Part shown: piece after piece, positions 39,856 through 49,873 of the stretch
Numbering within the stretch: the stretch's first letter is position 1
Layout: the number at the start of each line of letters is the position of its first letter
From: an uncultured Actinomycetota bacterium
GTDB taxonomy: Bacteria > Actinomycetota > Humimicrobiia > Humimicrobiales > Humimicrobiaceae
DNA: 55,309 bases
Assembly (NCBI GenBank): GCA_964423265.1
Contig: CAYREF010000007.1
Location: forward strand, 1 to 55,309
Direction: 5' to 3'
Made by a program: the position numbers and the translations under genes
The notes under the pieces: model-generated
What the model was told of the DNA's origin: nothing
Databases searched by the model: none
What the model saw: the letters and a program-made list of their open reading frames with translations, nothing else

Positions 39856-40916
39856 TCTTCGCTTATTTTAGCAAAAAGATTGGCTAATGAAATAATATCT
39901 TGCTTGTTATGCTCAATTATGGGGATAAGCGGACCGATGTTTTTAGTGGATAAATAAGACCTGTAAAAATCAGGAACATATGTGCTTGGTAAATCCATCT
40001 TCCTGTTTACTCCTAATAGCAAATTCTCCAGAGCTCCCAGCTTATAGTTTTCAAATTTTTGTTTCCACATCCTCCTGGAGAAATGCAGAATATCGTAATT
40101 CAGCCTGCTCAAATTAAAAGGTATGCCATAAAAATAGAGGCGTTCCTGGAGAAAGGGTATATCAAACATAAGGCCGTTAAAAGTAATAAAAGCATTGTTT
40201 TTTTTAATATTTGTTATGAAATGGCTCAAGATAGCAGCTTCTTCTTCCAAATCTCTTATTAAATACTGCCTGGTATGTATATAACCATTCTCTATTTTGC
40301 CCATTCCTATAAGTATTATAGGCTTATTATATAATCCCAAGGTTTCAATATCTAAAATAATATAATCCTGGATATTGCTAAAGGCAGAGCAGCAAAAAAC
40401 CAAGGGATGAGACTTTGGTACCCACCTGCAAATCCAGCTTGCTAACTTATCCCCGCTCAGGCTGTCAAGCAATTTTGCCAATTCAGCTGCGTCTTTTCCG
40501 AATCTGGGATGGGCTTTTAACTGGTAAATATTGGAGTAGCCTTCCTTTTTTAGCTTGGTTTCAGTAATCTTGCCTATGCCATAAATTAACTTTAAATCTG
40601 AAGCAATTTTACTTTTAGCACTGCCTGCATCGATTTTTTTTAAACTAATAGCCTTTTTATCTTCTATTATAAAGCAATTTCCCTGGCTATTTTTTACTTC
40701 CTTTCCTTTAATTATTTCTTTAAAATCTTTTCCGCAATACTCTTCTAGTAGTTTTTGCTTTAAATTCTCAACAGAATCAAATTGGCCAGGAGGATTAGGG
40801 CTTTGACTGGTATTCCATCTTTTGACAATCCTACTATATCCATGCACAAGTTCTCCGCAATGCTGGCAATAATTATCTAATTTAGAAACCTCAGTACCAC
40901 AATTAGTGCAAAACAT
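39840..40916 (-). CDS. RNase H-like DEDD exonuclease (YprB/MrfB-like) with N-terminal Zn ribbon and HhH motif
   Basis: CTNC...CQHC, LIYGIGKITE..L, LDIETLG, TFNG..FDIPFL and HNKQDI. Confidence 0.87.
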   Translation of the reverse strand: MFCTNCGTEVSKLDNYCQHCGELVHGYSRIVKRWNTSQSPNPPGQFDSVENLKQKLLEEYCGKDFKEIIKGKEVKNSQGNCFIIEDKKAISLKKIDAGSAKSKIASDLKLIYGIGKITETKLKKEGYSNIYQLKAHPRFGKDAAELAKLLDSLSGDKLASWICRWVPKSHPLVFCCSAFSNIQDYIILDIETLGLYNKPIILIGMGKIENGYIHTRQYLIRDLEEEAAILSHFITNIKKNNAFITFNGLMFDIPFLQERLYFYGIPFNLSRLNYDILHFSRRMWKQKFENYKLGALENLLLGVNRKMDLPSTYVPDFYRSYLSTKNIGPLIPIIEHNKQDIISLANLFAKISEEWETL

Positions 40917-40922
40917 ATCAAG

Positions 40923-41750
40923 CTAGTTACTTCTTAATAAATTTTCATATTCTTCTACAACATCATCAGTAAAATTTTTAATTCCTTCAACCGTTTTATG
41001 ATGGTATAAAAGGCTTTTTATTACTTTATAGGGCACTGTAGCAATATCAGCCCCCGCTAGGGCTGCCTCCCTTACCTGCCTGGGGTTCCTTATGCTGGCT
41101 GCAAGCACTTCAGTTTCCAAACCATAATATCTAAATATTTCTGTAATTTGGCCTACCAGATCAATGCCAGACAATATACCGTTATCATCTAATGTTTGGC
41201 TGCCTTTTTTTAACCCGTACTCAGGAAAATAATCCCCTTTGTTGAATTCAATATCGCTCATTTGCCTTATGTAATCATCCACACGCCCCGCAAAAGGGCT
41301 CACAAATGCTGCACCAGCTTTTGATGCCAGCAATGCCTGTTCAGGGGTAAATACCAATGTGCAATTTATAGGTATTCTCTCTGAGGATAATTTTTTTATG
41401 GCTCTTATTCCATCAAATGAATTTCCCCCTTTCTTTTTAAAAGAAGGATTTACTGGAACTTTAATATAAACGTTTTCCGCTACCGGATTAAACTTGTCAA
41501 AAATCTTTTTTCCTTCCTTTACCATTTCCTCATATGAGGTTCCGATAACCTCCAGGCTAACCGGGCACCCGGAAACCGTTTTTAAAATTTCCTTAATATA
41601 GCTTTCCATATTAACCTTTTTGCCTTTGTCCTTTAAATTGTCTACAGCCTTTTTTATCAGGCTGGGATTTAAGGTAACTCCATCTAAAATTCCATAAGAG
41701 TTTATTTCCTTTATCTCTTCCAGTATTCCAGTGTCTATAAACAGTCTCAT
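40923..41750 (-). CDS. tal: Transaldolase (short TalC/FSA family, with insertion)
   Basis: LFIDT, T.NPSLI, SLEV, VYIKVP (Schiff-base Lys), NCTLVF, SPFAGR and LAASIR. Confidence 0.9.
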   Translation of the reverse strand: MRLFIDTGILEEIKEINSYGILDGVTLNPSLIKKAVDNLKDKGKKVNMESYIKEILKTVSGCPVSLEVIGTSYEEMVKEGKKIFDKFNPVAENVYIKVPVNPSFKKKGGNSFDGIRAIKKLSSERIPINCTLVFTPEQALLASKAGAAFVSPFAGRVDDYIRQMSDIEFNKGDYFPEYGLKKGSQTLDDNGILSGIDLVGQITEIFRYYGLETEVLAASIRNPRQVREAALAGADIATVPYKVIKSLLYHHKTVEGIKNFTDDVVEEYENLLRSN

Positions 41751-41753
41751 AAA

Positions 41754-43592
41754 TTAACCTCCTTCAATTATTTCCCTAACCTTTTTCACAATTGCTTCCG
41801 AAGATATATTTTCGTATTCTAAAAGTTCTTCCGGCTCGCCGCTTCTGGGAGTTTTTCCAACCGCCATTAGATAAATAGGGATGCCCTCTTGGCTAAGAGC
41901 ATTACAAACAGTTTCACCCAATCCTCCTTCCGCGTAATGGTCTTCCACCGTTATTATAGCCTGAGTTTCCCTTTTAGCCTTAAGTAATGTGACATAATCC
42001 ACAGGCTTTATGCTATACAAATCTATAACCCTCAGGTATACATTTTCTTCCTTCAGTTTCTCATAAGCTTTTAAAGCCTCGTGCAGAGTTATCCCCGCAG
42101 CGCAAACCGTTACCTTGTCCTTAGAGCTATGTTTTAGAGTTTTACTTCCACCGATTTCAAAATCATCAGTAAAATTATAAATAATTGGCAGATCCATCCG
42201 TGTAGTCCTTATATATACATTTCCTTTATAGCTGGCCACCTTTTTTATTAGCTTTATGGTAGAAATTGCATCTGAGGGATATAGCACAACCCCACCTATA
42301 AGGGTTCTAAACATAGCAATATCTTCAAGGCCCATCTGGGAAGGCCCGTCTGCTCCTATAGATACTCCAGCATGAGATCCCACAAATTTTATATTCGTAT
42401 CCGAATACTGGCTCATTCTTGCCTGGTCAAATGCCCTGGTAAGAAATGCAGCAAACGATGAGACAAAGGGTATTTTTCCCCTAAGGGTTAAGCCTAATGC
42501 CGCTCCCACCATATTTTGTTCAGCAATGTACATTTCAAAAAAATTATTGGGGTAATTTTCCTTGAAAATTTCTGAATATGTAGAATTACTTACCTCCCCA
42601 TCTAGGGCAACAATTTCAGGAAACCTGCTGAATGCTTCTACCAATCCATTTCCATAAGCTTTTCTGGTGGCATATTTTCCCTTGGGTAATGTTATTTTTT
42701 TTGCTTCCATTTCCATGCTTATATGTGGCTTCAAATTTTCTGGCTCCAATATCTCTCCCTTAAGGCCCTTATTTACCTCTCCTATATCCTTTAAAGCATT
42801 ATCAAGTTTATCTTCTGGAATGGGTTTTCCATGGAAACCCTGTTTATCCTCTAGATACCTTACCCCTTTGCCTTTAACTGTTTTAGCTATTATCATCACA
42901 GGTTTTTCTTTAGAATTTAAGGCTGTCTGGTATGCCTGCAATATTTCTTCCAGATTATGGCCATCCACCTCTATTGCCTCCCAACCAAAAGAAGAAATTC
43001 TTTTGCAATACTGGCGAATATCCTTCCGGTACATGGTCCATCCGGTTTGGCCCAAGCCATTAACATCAATTATCCCAATTAAATTATGAAGCTTATAATG
43101 ATTGGACAGCTGTATGGCTTCCCAGGCTGATCCTTCTGCCATTTCGCTATCACCTAATAGGACATATGTCCTGTACGGAAGCATATCTAAATACTTTGCA
43201 TTTAAAGCCATGCCCATTCCTATAGAAAGACCTTGACCCAATGATCCGGTTGCTGCCTCTGCATGTTCAAACCTTTTTGTAGGGTGGCCCTCTAGAGTGC
43301 TGCCAAAATTTCTTAAATTCATAAGTTCTTTTTCTGTTATCTTGCCTGCTACAGCCCATAATGCATAAAGCAAGGGTGAAGCATGGCCCTTGGAGAATAT
43401 TAAGCGGTCATTATTGCAAAAATTAGGGTTTCCTATTCTATACTTAAAAACCCTTCCAAACATCAATGCTACCATCAGTTCAACTGCAGACAAGGATGAT
43501 GTGGGATGTCCTGACCCTGCCTTGGTAGTAGAGGTAATAATATAATATCTGACTAATTTTGAAATTTCTTCCAATTGTTTTAAATCTTTCAT
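41754..43592 (-). CDS. tkt: Transketolase (single-chain, short type)
   Basis: GSGHPTSSLS, SKGHA, TGSLGQG, TPP motif GDSE..EG...D.N, IAEQNM and GADGPSQM. Confidence 0.95.
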   Translation of the reverse strand: MKDLKQLEEISKLVRYYIITSTTKAGSGHPTSSLSAVELMVALMFGRVFKYRIGNPNFCNNDRLIFSKGHASPLLYALWAVAGKITEKELMNLRNFGSTLEGHPTKRFEHAEAATGSLGQGLSIGMGMALNAKYLDMLPYRTYVLLGDSEMAEGSAWEAIQLSNHYKLHNLIGIIDVNGLGQTGWTMYRKDIRQYCKRISSFGWEAIEVDGHNLEEILQAYQTALNSKEKPVMIIAKTVKGKGVRYLEDKQGFHGKPIPEDKLDNALKDIGEVNKGLKGEILEPENLKPHISMEMEAKKITLPKGKYATRKAYGNGLVEAFSRFPEIVALDGEVSNSTYSEIFKENYPNNFFEMYIAEQNMVGAALGLTLRGKIPFVSSFAAFLTRAFDQARMSQYSDTNIKFVGSHAGVSIGADGPSQMGLEDIAMFRTLIGGVVLYPSDAISTIKLIKKVASYKGNVYIRTTRMDLPIIYNFTDDFEIGGSKTLKHSSKDKVTVCAAGITLHEALKAYEKLKEENVYLRVIDLYSIKPVDYVTLLKAKRETQAIITVEDHYAEGGLGETVCNALSQEGIPIYLMAVGKTPRSGEPEELLEYENISSEAIVKKVREIIEGG

Positions 43593-44497
43593 TTTCCCTC
43601 CTGTTTTATTGCTTGATGTCCACCAAACTGTTTCCTCAAAGCCGACAGCACTTTGCCTATATAGCTTGGCTTCTTTTTTGAATTCTTCCTAAAATTTAAA
43701 GATTCTTGCATAACCTTTATATATTCTTTTCCCTCTTCTGCATAATTTATTGTCCACTCTACTTCCCCGCTATGACCTACAGTCCCTGTCACCTCTTTCA
43801 GGTTTTGCCCGTACTGGCGGTATGCCTCACTCAGCCATCCCACAAGTTTTGATTCAATAACGCTTCCGTTATTGAAAAGTTCTGCTATTGCTTTTAAGTC
43901 TAAATCAAAGCTTGAATTTTTAATTAGACTAAACCCTTCTGCTATTGCCTGCATCATCCCATACTCAACTGCATTGTGTATCATTTTTACAAAGTGTCCG
44001 CTTCCGCTGCGCCCCAAATACCTATACCCATTTTCCTTGGCCAAAACTTTAAATAAAGGTTTACACCTTTCATATATTTCAAGCTTGCCCCCTACCATTA
44101 GGCATGCTCCATTTCTAGCTCCGGCAGGTCCTCCGCTTACGCCCACGTCTAAAAAATTAATACTCTTCTTTTTTAGCTCATGGTATAGGTTTATGGAATC
44201 TTTATAAAATGAATTTCCCCCGTCTATTACTATATCGCCTTCAGATAAATATTCTGATATCTCTAAAATTACGCTGGAAGCCGCTTGGTGAGGGACCATC
44301 ACCCAAACCAACCTGGGCCTTTCTATTTTTTCTATATCCTTAAATCCTTTTAGGATAATGGCAGCCTGGCTGAATTTTCGGTTAGATTTTTTATCCTGGT
44401 CATATACATTTAGTCTGTAACCTTTCTCAAGCAACCGTAAAGCCATATTAGAGCCCATTTTTCCCAAGCCTATTAAAGTTATTTCTCCCATAAACAT
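43589..44497 (-). CDS. gnd: 6-phosphogluconate dehydrogenase, decarboxylating (short YqeC type)
   Basis: GLGKMG, IDGGNS, DVGVSGG, GHFVKMIHNAVEYG and ALR.QFGGH. Confidence 0.94.
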   Translation of the reverse strand: MFMGEITLIGLGKMGSNMALRLLEKGYRLNVYDQDKKSNRKFSQAAIILKGFKDIEKIERPRLVWVMVPHQAASSVILEISEYLSEGDIVIDGGNSFYKDSINLYHELKKKSINFLDVGVSGGPAGARNGACLMVGGKLEIYERCKPLFKVLAKENGYRYLGRSGSGHFVKMIHNAVEYGMMQAIAEGFSLIKNSSFDLDLKAIAELFNNGSVIESKLVGWLSEAYRQYGQNLKEVTGTVGHSGEVEWTINYAEEGKEYIKVMQESLNFRKNSKKKPSYIGKVLSALRKQFGGHQAIKQEGK

Positions 44498-44500
44498 TTC

Positions 44501-44965
44501 CTATTCTGAAATTCCACGCTCAAATATCTGTATCTTTTCAACTCTGCCCTTATGCCTGTTTATACCACTAAATGGTGTGTTTAGCCATACATCAATTATC
44601 TCTTTAGAAAGCTCTGGACCCACAAAATCCTGTCCCAGGCATAAAATATTAGAATCATTATGCTTTCTTGATACTTCAGCCAACTTTATATTTGAAGCAT
44701 TTACTGCCCGTATCCCCCTAACCTTATTGGCCGAAATGCAAACCCCAACTCCGGATCCGCAAAACAGTATTCCCATGGTATCTTTTCCCGCAACTTTCTT
44801 GGCCACCTTAAATGCAAAGTCCGGATAGTCATCCCCTTTTTCATAAACTTTATTTCCTAAATCCTTAACTTTATAGCCTGCCTTTTTTAAATATTCAAAT
44901 ATTTCATTTTTTAGGTCAAAACCTGCATGGTCTGAACCAATGTATATAGTTTTTCTTTTATCCAT
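44501..44965 (-). CDS. rpiB: Ribose-5-phosphate isomerase B
   Basis: GSDHAG, DYPD, CGSGVG, ANKVRGIRA, HNDSN and RH..RV.KI. Confidence 0.95.
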   Translation of the reverse strand: MDKRKTIYIGSDHAGFDLKNEIFEYLKKAGYKVKDLGNKVYEKGDDYPDFAFKVAKKVAGKDTMGILFCGSGVGVCISANKVRGIRAVNASNIKLAEVSRKHNDSNILCLGQDFVGPELSKEIIDVWLNTPFSGINRHKGRVEKIQIFERGISE

Positions 44966-45079
44966 TATTTTCCTTTTCCCTAAATTTTACCTAAAACGGG
45001 GTAAATATAAAAATTATTTTAAAAAATATTCTTATTTCAATAATTCTCTGCTACTATTAATTAAAAAGTTTACAGTTAT

Positions 45080-45949
45080 ATGGATAATATAGCCATAGCT
45101 ACAGACAGTTCTTCCGATATACCTAAAGATTTGCTGAAAAGGTACAGTATTAGAATTATTCCCATGTATATTAACTTCGGAGGCCATAATTACAAGGAAG
45201 GCAAAGAAATAACTGTAGAGAAGGTATTTAGTGCACTCAAATCCGGTTTAAAAGTCCGCACTTCCTGCCCTTCAGTTGGGGATTTTATAAAATTTTTTGA
45301 AGAAATATTCAAAGATAAAAAATGGGATAAAATATATTATATTGGCCTGGGGTCAAAACTTTCCAGTTCCATAAATTCTGCCAATATAGCCAAATCTTAT
45401 TTTCCTGAAGGCAGGGTGAAAATAATAGACTCAAATAATACCACTGTCAGCCTAGGCATGCTAGTAGTAGAATTTTCCAAATTGCTTAAAAAAGGAGTGA
45501 GGGGCAAACAGCTTGACAGCTATCTAAACTTTCTTATTAAGAAATATACATTTTTTGCCGCCATTGAAAATTTTGAGTATGTTTTCAGGAGTGGGCGTAC
45601 CCCCTTCCTGGCAAATTTTTTAAGCAAAGCTATAATATTTAAACCTGTTGTTTCGATTAACAGTAAGGGAAAGATATACCTAAAAAAATTTGTAAAGAAT
45701 AAAAACAATTCAATATTAGAACTTTTTAAGCAATCTAGATTAAAAATGGACTATAATCATGAATGGAATGTTGGTATATTCTATGGCCAGGATAAACAAC
45801 CGGCAGATAAATTAATGGATTTATTCAAAAATGACAAAAACATCAAAACAAATCAACTGCTAGTTACCAAGATTACCACCATAATAAGTGCCCATACTGG
45901 CCCCGGTGTCTGGGGTGTAGCATTTGGACCAAGCATAAACCTGGCTTAG
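45080..45949 (+). CDS. DegV family fatty-acid-binding protein (FakB-like)
   Basis: IATDSSSD, TSCPS, SKLSSS, SGR and HTGPG. Confidence 0.93.
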   Translation: MDNIAIATDSSSDIPKDLLKRYSIRIIPMYINFGGHNYKEGKEITVEKVFSALKSGLKVRTSCPSVGDFIKFFEEIFKDKKWDKIYYIGLGSKLSSSINSANIAKSYFPEGRVKIIDSNNTTVSLGMLVVEFSKLLKKGVRGKQLDSYLNFLIKKYTFFAAIENFEYVFRSGRTPFLANFLSKAIIFKPVVSINSKGKIYLKKFVKNKNNSILELFKQSRLKMDYNHEWNVGIFYGQDKQPADKLMDLFKNDKNIKTNQLLVTKITTIISAHTGPGVWGVAFGPSINLA

Positions 45950-46039
45950 GGGTACTTGATGGGCAGAAAATTCTTAACTGGAAAATTATAAAGGATATAT
46001 AAAAGTTATTGAACTCACTCAGCCAAATTTTATCAATAC

Positions 46040-46744
46040 TTAATTTTCCGTCAATAAACATTTAATGTCATTACTATCTAAAGCTTTGTAGTTGCCTTCC
46101 TTTAACCCCTCAAGCCTGTAATTTCCAATTTTTACTCTTTTAAGATCAACTACTTCATATCCTATTTTACTAAACAATCTTCTGAGTATCCTTTTTCTGC
46201 CTTCAACTATTTCTATCTTTACGGAATTTCCATTATCCAGTCTTTGCAATGATTTAACATTAACTTTTCTTTCCCCTACTTTTATGCCTGCTTTTATTTT
46301 CTTTAATTCCGTATCTGTTAGTTGGCTGTTTAAAGTGACTTCATATGTTTTGGGTATTTCAAACTTTGGATGGGTAATCCTGTATGTTAACCGGCCGTCA
46401 TTGGTAATTATTATGAGACCTCTTGAATTGAAATCAAGCCTTCCAACGGGATATAGCCGCCTAGATTTAATGTCTATTAAATCTAAAACAGTCTTGCGGT
46501 TAAAATCATCCTCTACAGTAGACAAATACCCGGCTGGCTTGTTCAGGGCAAGAACAATTTTATCTTCAACCTCTAATATTTTACCCTTGTATTTTACTTC
46601 ATCTTCCTGTGATACCTTAAAAGCCAGGTCCGTTACCACTTTACCGTTTACTTTAACTTTTCCAGATTTTATAATTTCCTCGCATTTACGCCTTGATCCT
46701 ATACCACAGTTTGCAAGAAATTTAGAAATCCTTGTTTTCTTCAC
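46040..46744 (-). CDS. rluB: rRNA pseudouridine synthase (RluB/RsuA family, S4 domain)
   Basis: RISKFLA..G..SRR, LNKP.G, YPVGRLD and EGRKR..RR; follows scpB. Confidence 0.93.
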   Translation of the reverse strand: MKKTRISKFLANCGIGSRRKCEEIIKSGKVKVNGKVVTDLAFKVSQEDEVKYKGKILEVEDKIVLALNKPAGYLSTVEDDFNRKTVLDLIDIKSRRLYPVGRLDFNSRGLIIITNDGRLTYRITHPKFEIPKTYEVTLNSQLTDTELKKIKAGIKVGERKVNVKSLQRLDNGNSVKIEIVEGRKRILRRLFSKIGYEVVDLKRVKIGNYRLEGLKEGNYKALDSNDIKCLLTEN

Positions 46745-47303
46745 TTTCTTCTAGATCTTCCAGTAATGGCAATTCATCTAATTTATTTAAGCCCAGCAGT
46801 TCTAAAAATTTATCAGTAGTTTTATACAATATGGGATTCCCAGGCTCCTTTAACTTTCCAGCTTCTCTTAGCAGCCCCTTATCCACCAAAGTAACTACCA
46901 CGCTATCTGTCCTTACTCCCCTAATCTCAGCAATCTGCGTCCTGGTAACCGGCTGCTTATAAGCAGTTATGGCCAGGGTTTCCAGCGCTGCCTGTGATAG
47001 ATGCGCCCTTACATTTGACTTTACAAATTTTTTAAGTATCTCGCTAATAGAAGGATTGGAATAAAACCTGTACCCACCAGAAACTTTCTTTATTATAAAT
47101 CCCCTGTTTCCATCTATATATTCTTTTTCAAGCTGTTCTAATATTTCTTTTATTTTCCCCTGTGGCTTCCCTATAGCCTGGGCAATATCTCTTACCTTTA
47201 CCGGCTCTTCTGAAATAAATAAAATACCTTCTATTGCTGCTTTTATGGTATTATCATCCTTCTTGAAATAATCAATATTAAATTTTTCAGCTTTGTAATC
47301 CAT
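46722..47303 (-). CDS. scpB: SMC-Scp complex subunit ScpB
   Basis: IEGILF, LSQAALETLAITAYKQPVTR, IRGV and LY.TT..FL. Confidence 0.95.
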   Translation of the reverse strand: MDYKAEKFNIDYFKKDDNTIKAAIEGILFISEEPVKVRDIAQAIGKPQGKIKEILEQLEKEYIDGNRGFIIKKVSGGYRFYSNPSISEILKKFVKSNVRAHLSQAALETLAITAYKQPVTRTQIAEIRGVRTDSVVVTLVDKGLLREAGKLKEPGNPILYKTTDKFLELLGLNKLDELPLLEDLEESEENKDF

Positions 47304-48046
47304 TATCTTTTTTTAATAATAATATTTCCAAAATTTTCAAATTGTAATATATCTATTATTTCATTTTTATACAATTCCAGTATAGATAAAAAGCATATAA
47401 TTTTATCAATTACTTTGTCAAAATTAAGGGATAGTTGTTTAAAGGTTACTTCCTTTTCGTCCTTAATTATATTTTTTATGCGGCCCATTTCCTCATGAAT
47501 GGTCCTTGCATCCCTATGATTGTAAATTTCTTCTACGTTTAATTGGAATTTATCACTTTTTAACAAATTTGCCGCGATCTTGGCTAACTTCCCGGCACTT
47601 ATTCCTTCCAGGAAATTTGGAAACAGGTTAATAAATTTTTTTTCAATAGGAGCTTCCCTTAAATAATATAAATCTTCTATTTCCAGCTTCTTTTCAAAAT
47701 AAAAAGATATTTTTTTAAATATCCTGTATTCCTTCTCCCTTTTTCTTAATATCTCTTCATCAATCTCACCATTATCTTCAGAGTCTTGCTTTTTTGAAGG
47801 AATTAAAGACCTTGATTTTATTTCCAGCAGGACCGAAGCTGTATATAAAAAACTAGACAGGGTTTCTATTAATATATTCTTACGGTCCTTTATGTATTCT
47901 AGAAAACCTTCAATAATAGAATCAATGCTTATTGCATATATATCAACTTTTTTTGACTGCACTAATTCAAGTATAAGCTGAATAGGCCCGCTGTAGCTAC
48001 CATGCTTTATTAAATAATTAGTGCTGCTGTTATTGTGTTTAGTCAA
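47303..48046 (-). CDS. scpA: Segregation/condensation protein A (kleisin)
   Basis: Y.GP..L.L.L, LLEIKSR.L.P and FL.ILEL.K...I...Q...FG.I; immediately upstream of scpB. Confidence 0.9.
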   Translation of the reverse strand: MTKHNNSSTNYLIKHGSYSGPIQLILELVQSKKVDIYAISIDSIIEGFLEYIKDRKNILIETLSSFLYTASVLLEIKSRSLIPSKKQDSEDNGEIDEEILRKREKEYRIFKKISFYFEKKLEIEDLYYLREAPIEKKFINLFPNFLEGISAGKLAKIAANLLKSDKFQLNVEEIYNHRDARTIHEEMGRIKNIIKDEKEVTFKQLSLNFDKVIDKIICFLSILELYKNEIIDILQFENFGNIIIKKR

Positions 48047-49022
48047 TCCCTATCTTTTTCCTTACATCTGCAATGGTTTTTGCCGCAACTTCCTGTACTT
48101 CTTTTTTGCCTTTGCTTAAAATTCCATAAATAATAGATAAATCCTTTTCCAGCTCTTTTCTTTTTTCCTGAAAACCCTTTAATGAGCTGAAAATTATTTC
48201 AGCCAACTCTTCCTTGCATTTTGTGCATCCAATCTCTGCATTCCTGCACCTATTTTCTATTTCCCCTATCCTCTTTTTCTCATATATCTTGTAAAAAGTA
48301 AATATATTACATACTTCAGGATGGCCTGGATCCTTTAATTTTATCCTTTCCGGATCTGTGATAGTTGATCTTACTTTTTCAGTTATAGTATCTAAATCAT
48401 CTGATAAGAATATTGCATTTCCATAGCTTTTAGACATTTTCCTTCCATCTGTTCCCGGAACCCTAGTAGCCTGAGAAAGCATTTCCTGTGGTTCCTTAAA
48501 ATAATCCCCATATAGATGGTTAAAACGCCTTGCTATTTCCCTTGTTATTTCAAGATGTGGAAGCTGGTCTTCTCCAACTGGAATTATATCAGCATTTACT
48601 ATTAAAATGTCTGATGCCATCAGTACAGGATAAGAAAGAAATCCAAGGGTTGAAAGGTCCTTTGCCTTAAGTTCCTTTTTCTGTTCCTTATAGGTGGGGC
48701 ATCTTTCCAGCCAGGATAACGGGGTGATCATGGAAAAATAAAGGTAAAGTTCAGCAATTTCAGGAATATCTGACTGCCTGTACAGATGGGTTATATCGGG
48801 ATCAATGCCTAATGCAACCAGGTCTATTACACAATCAATTAAATTTGATTTTATATTTTTAGGGTCTTTGTATTCAGTAGATAATGCATGCCAGTCGACC
48901 AAAAAGAAATAATTTTCATATTCCTTCTGATGTTCAATCATATTTTGTATATTTCCATGTAAATGGCCTAAATGGAGTTTACCGGTAGGCCTGAACCCGG
49001 TTAACATTTTCTTTTTTCCCAT
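48039..49022 (-). CDS. trpS: Tryptophan--tRNA ligase
   Basis: RPTGKLHLGH, YPVLMASDI, PVGEDQ and KMSKS. Confidence 0.97.
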   Translation of the reverse strand: MGKKKMLTGFRPTGKLHLGHLHGNIQNMIEHQKEYENYFFLVDWHALSTEYKDPKNIKSNLIDCVIDLVALGIDPDITHLYRQSDIPEIAELYLYFSMITPLSWLERCPTYKEQKKELKAKDLSTLGFLSYPVLMASDILIVNADIIPVGEDQLPHLEITREIARRFNHLYGDYFKEPQEMLSQATRVPGTDGRKMSKSYGNAIFLSDDLDTITEKVRSTITDPERIKLKDPGHPEVCNIFTFYKIYEKKRIGEIENRCRNAEIGCTKCKEELAEIIFSSLKGFQEKRKELEKDLSIIYGILSKGKKEVQEVAAKTIADVRKKIGID

Positions 49023-49047
49023 TTTATTTACACTCCCTAATAACTTG

Positions 49048-49731
49048 TCATATTAAAAAACGCCACCACAGGCAAACACTGTATACAGCTGATACTATGG
49101 GGGAAATAATAGGCCACAAGAACCTGCCTCCGATGAATAATATAACAAAGATAAAAATAAAGCCAAACCTTCCCAGGCTTAAATACCTGTACATAACATT
49201 ATCAGGCAAGAATGAAGCCAACACTTTTGAACCATCTAGAGGCGGTATGGGTATAAGGTTAAAAACAGCCAAAAAAATATTAATATAAATAGCAAAAATA
49301 AATATTTGACTTATAAAATCCAGGGCTACAGAGTTTATACTTCTAGTTAACAAAAAATATAATCCGTAAAAAGTCCCTATCCCAAATGCAATTAACAAAT
49401 TAGCCACTATGCCCGAAAGAGATGTATACCTTATACCTTTCCGGAAGTCGGTAAAATTATTTGTGTTTATAGGCACGGGTTTTGCATAGCCGAATACTAT
49501 ATTTGAACCCACCAATATCAGCAGTAAGGGAAGCAATATAGTTCCAAATAAGTCAATATGGGCCATAGGATTGAGGGTTAGCCTTCCCATACTTTTTGCT
49601 GTAGGGTCTCCCTGCCTGTAAGCTATATAGCCATGGGAATACTCATGTAGTATTACTCCCAAAAAAAGTCCTGGACCCCAGGTTATTATTTGTTTTAAAA
49701 AATCTATAATTGCCTGCCCTAAATAATCCAC
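49048..49731 (-). CDS. Site-2 protease family (M50, YwhC-like) membrane metalloprotease
   Basis: HEYSH, GDPTA...GRLTLNP..H and FNLIPIPPLDGS. Confidence 0.93.
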   Translation of the reverse strand: MDYLGQAIIDFLKQIITWGPGLFLGVILHEYSHGYIAYRQGDPTAKSMGRLTLNPMAHIDLFGTILLPLLLILVGSNIVFGYAKPVPINTNNFTDFRKGIRYTSLSGIVANLLIAFGIGTFYGLYFLLTRSINSVALDFISQIFIFAIYINIFLAVFNLIPIPPLDGSKVLASFLPDNVMYRYLSLGRFGFIFIFVILFIGGRFLWPIISPIVSAVYSVCLWWRFLI

Positions 49732-49873
49732 TTTATACCTTAATATTTATTAATATTGACATAACCGTTATTTCTATGACCATATACCATACCAAAATCT
49801 CCCAGATTTGAAAAGATTGCTTTCCCCAAACTATTTATAAATAAACCTTATAACCTTTTCCTCCCTATCTGCT

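Noticed and set aside
49732-49873. Possible T-box or leader ahead of the M50 protease-trpS genes
   Set aside because: Too short, with no T-box consensus or terminator visible.
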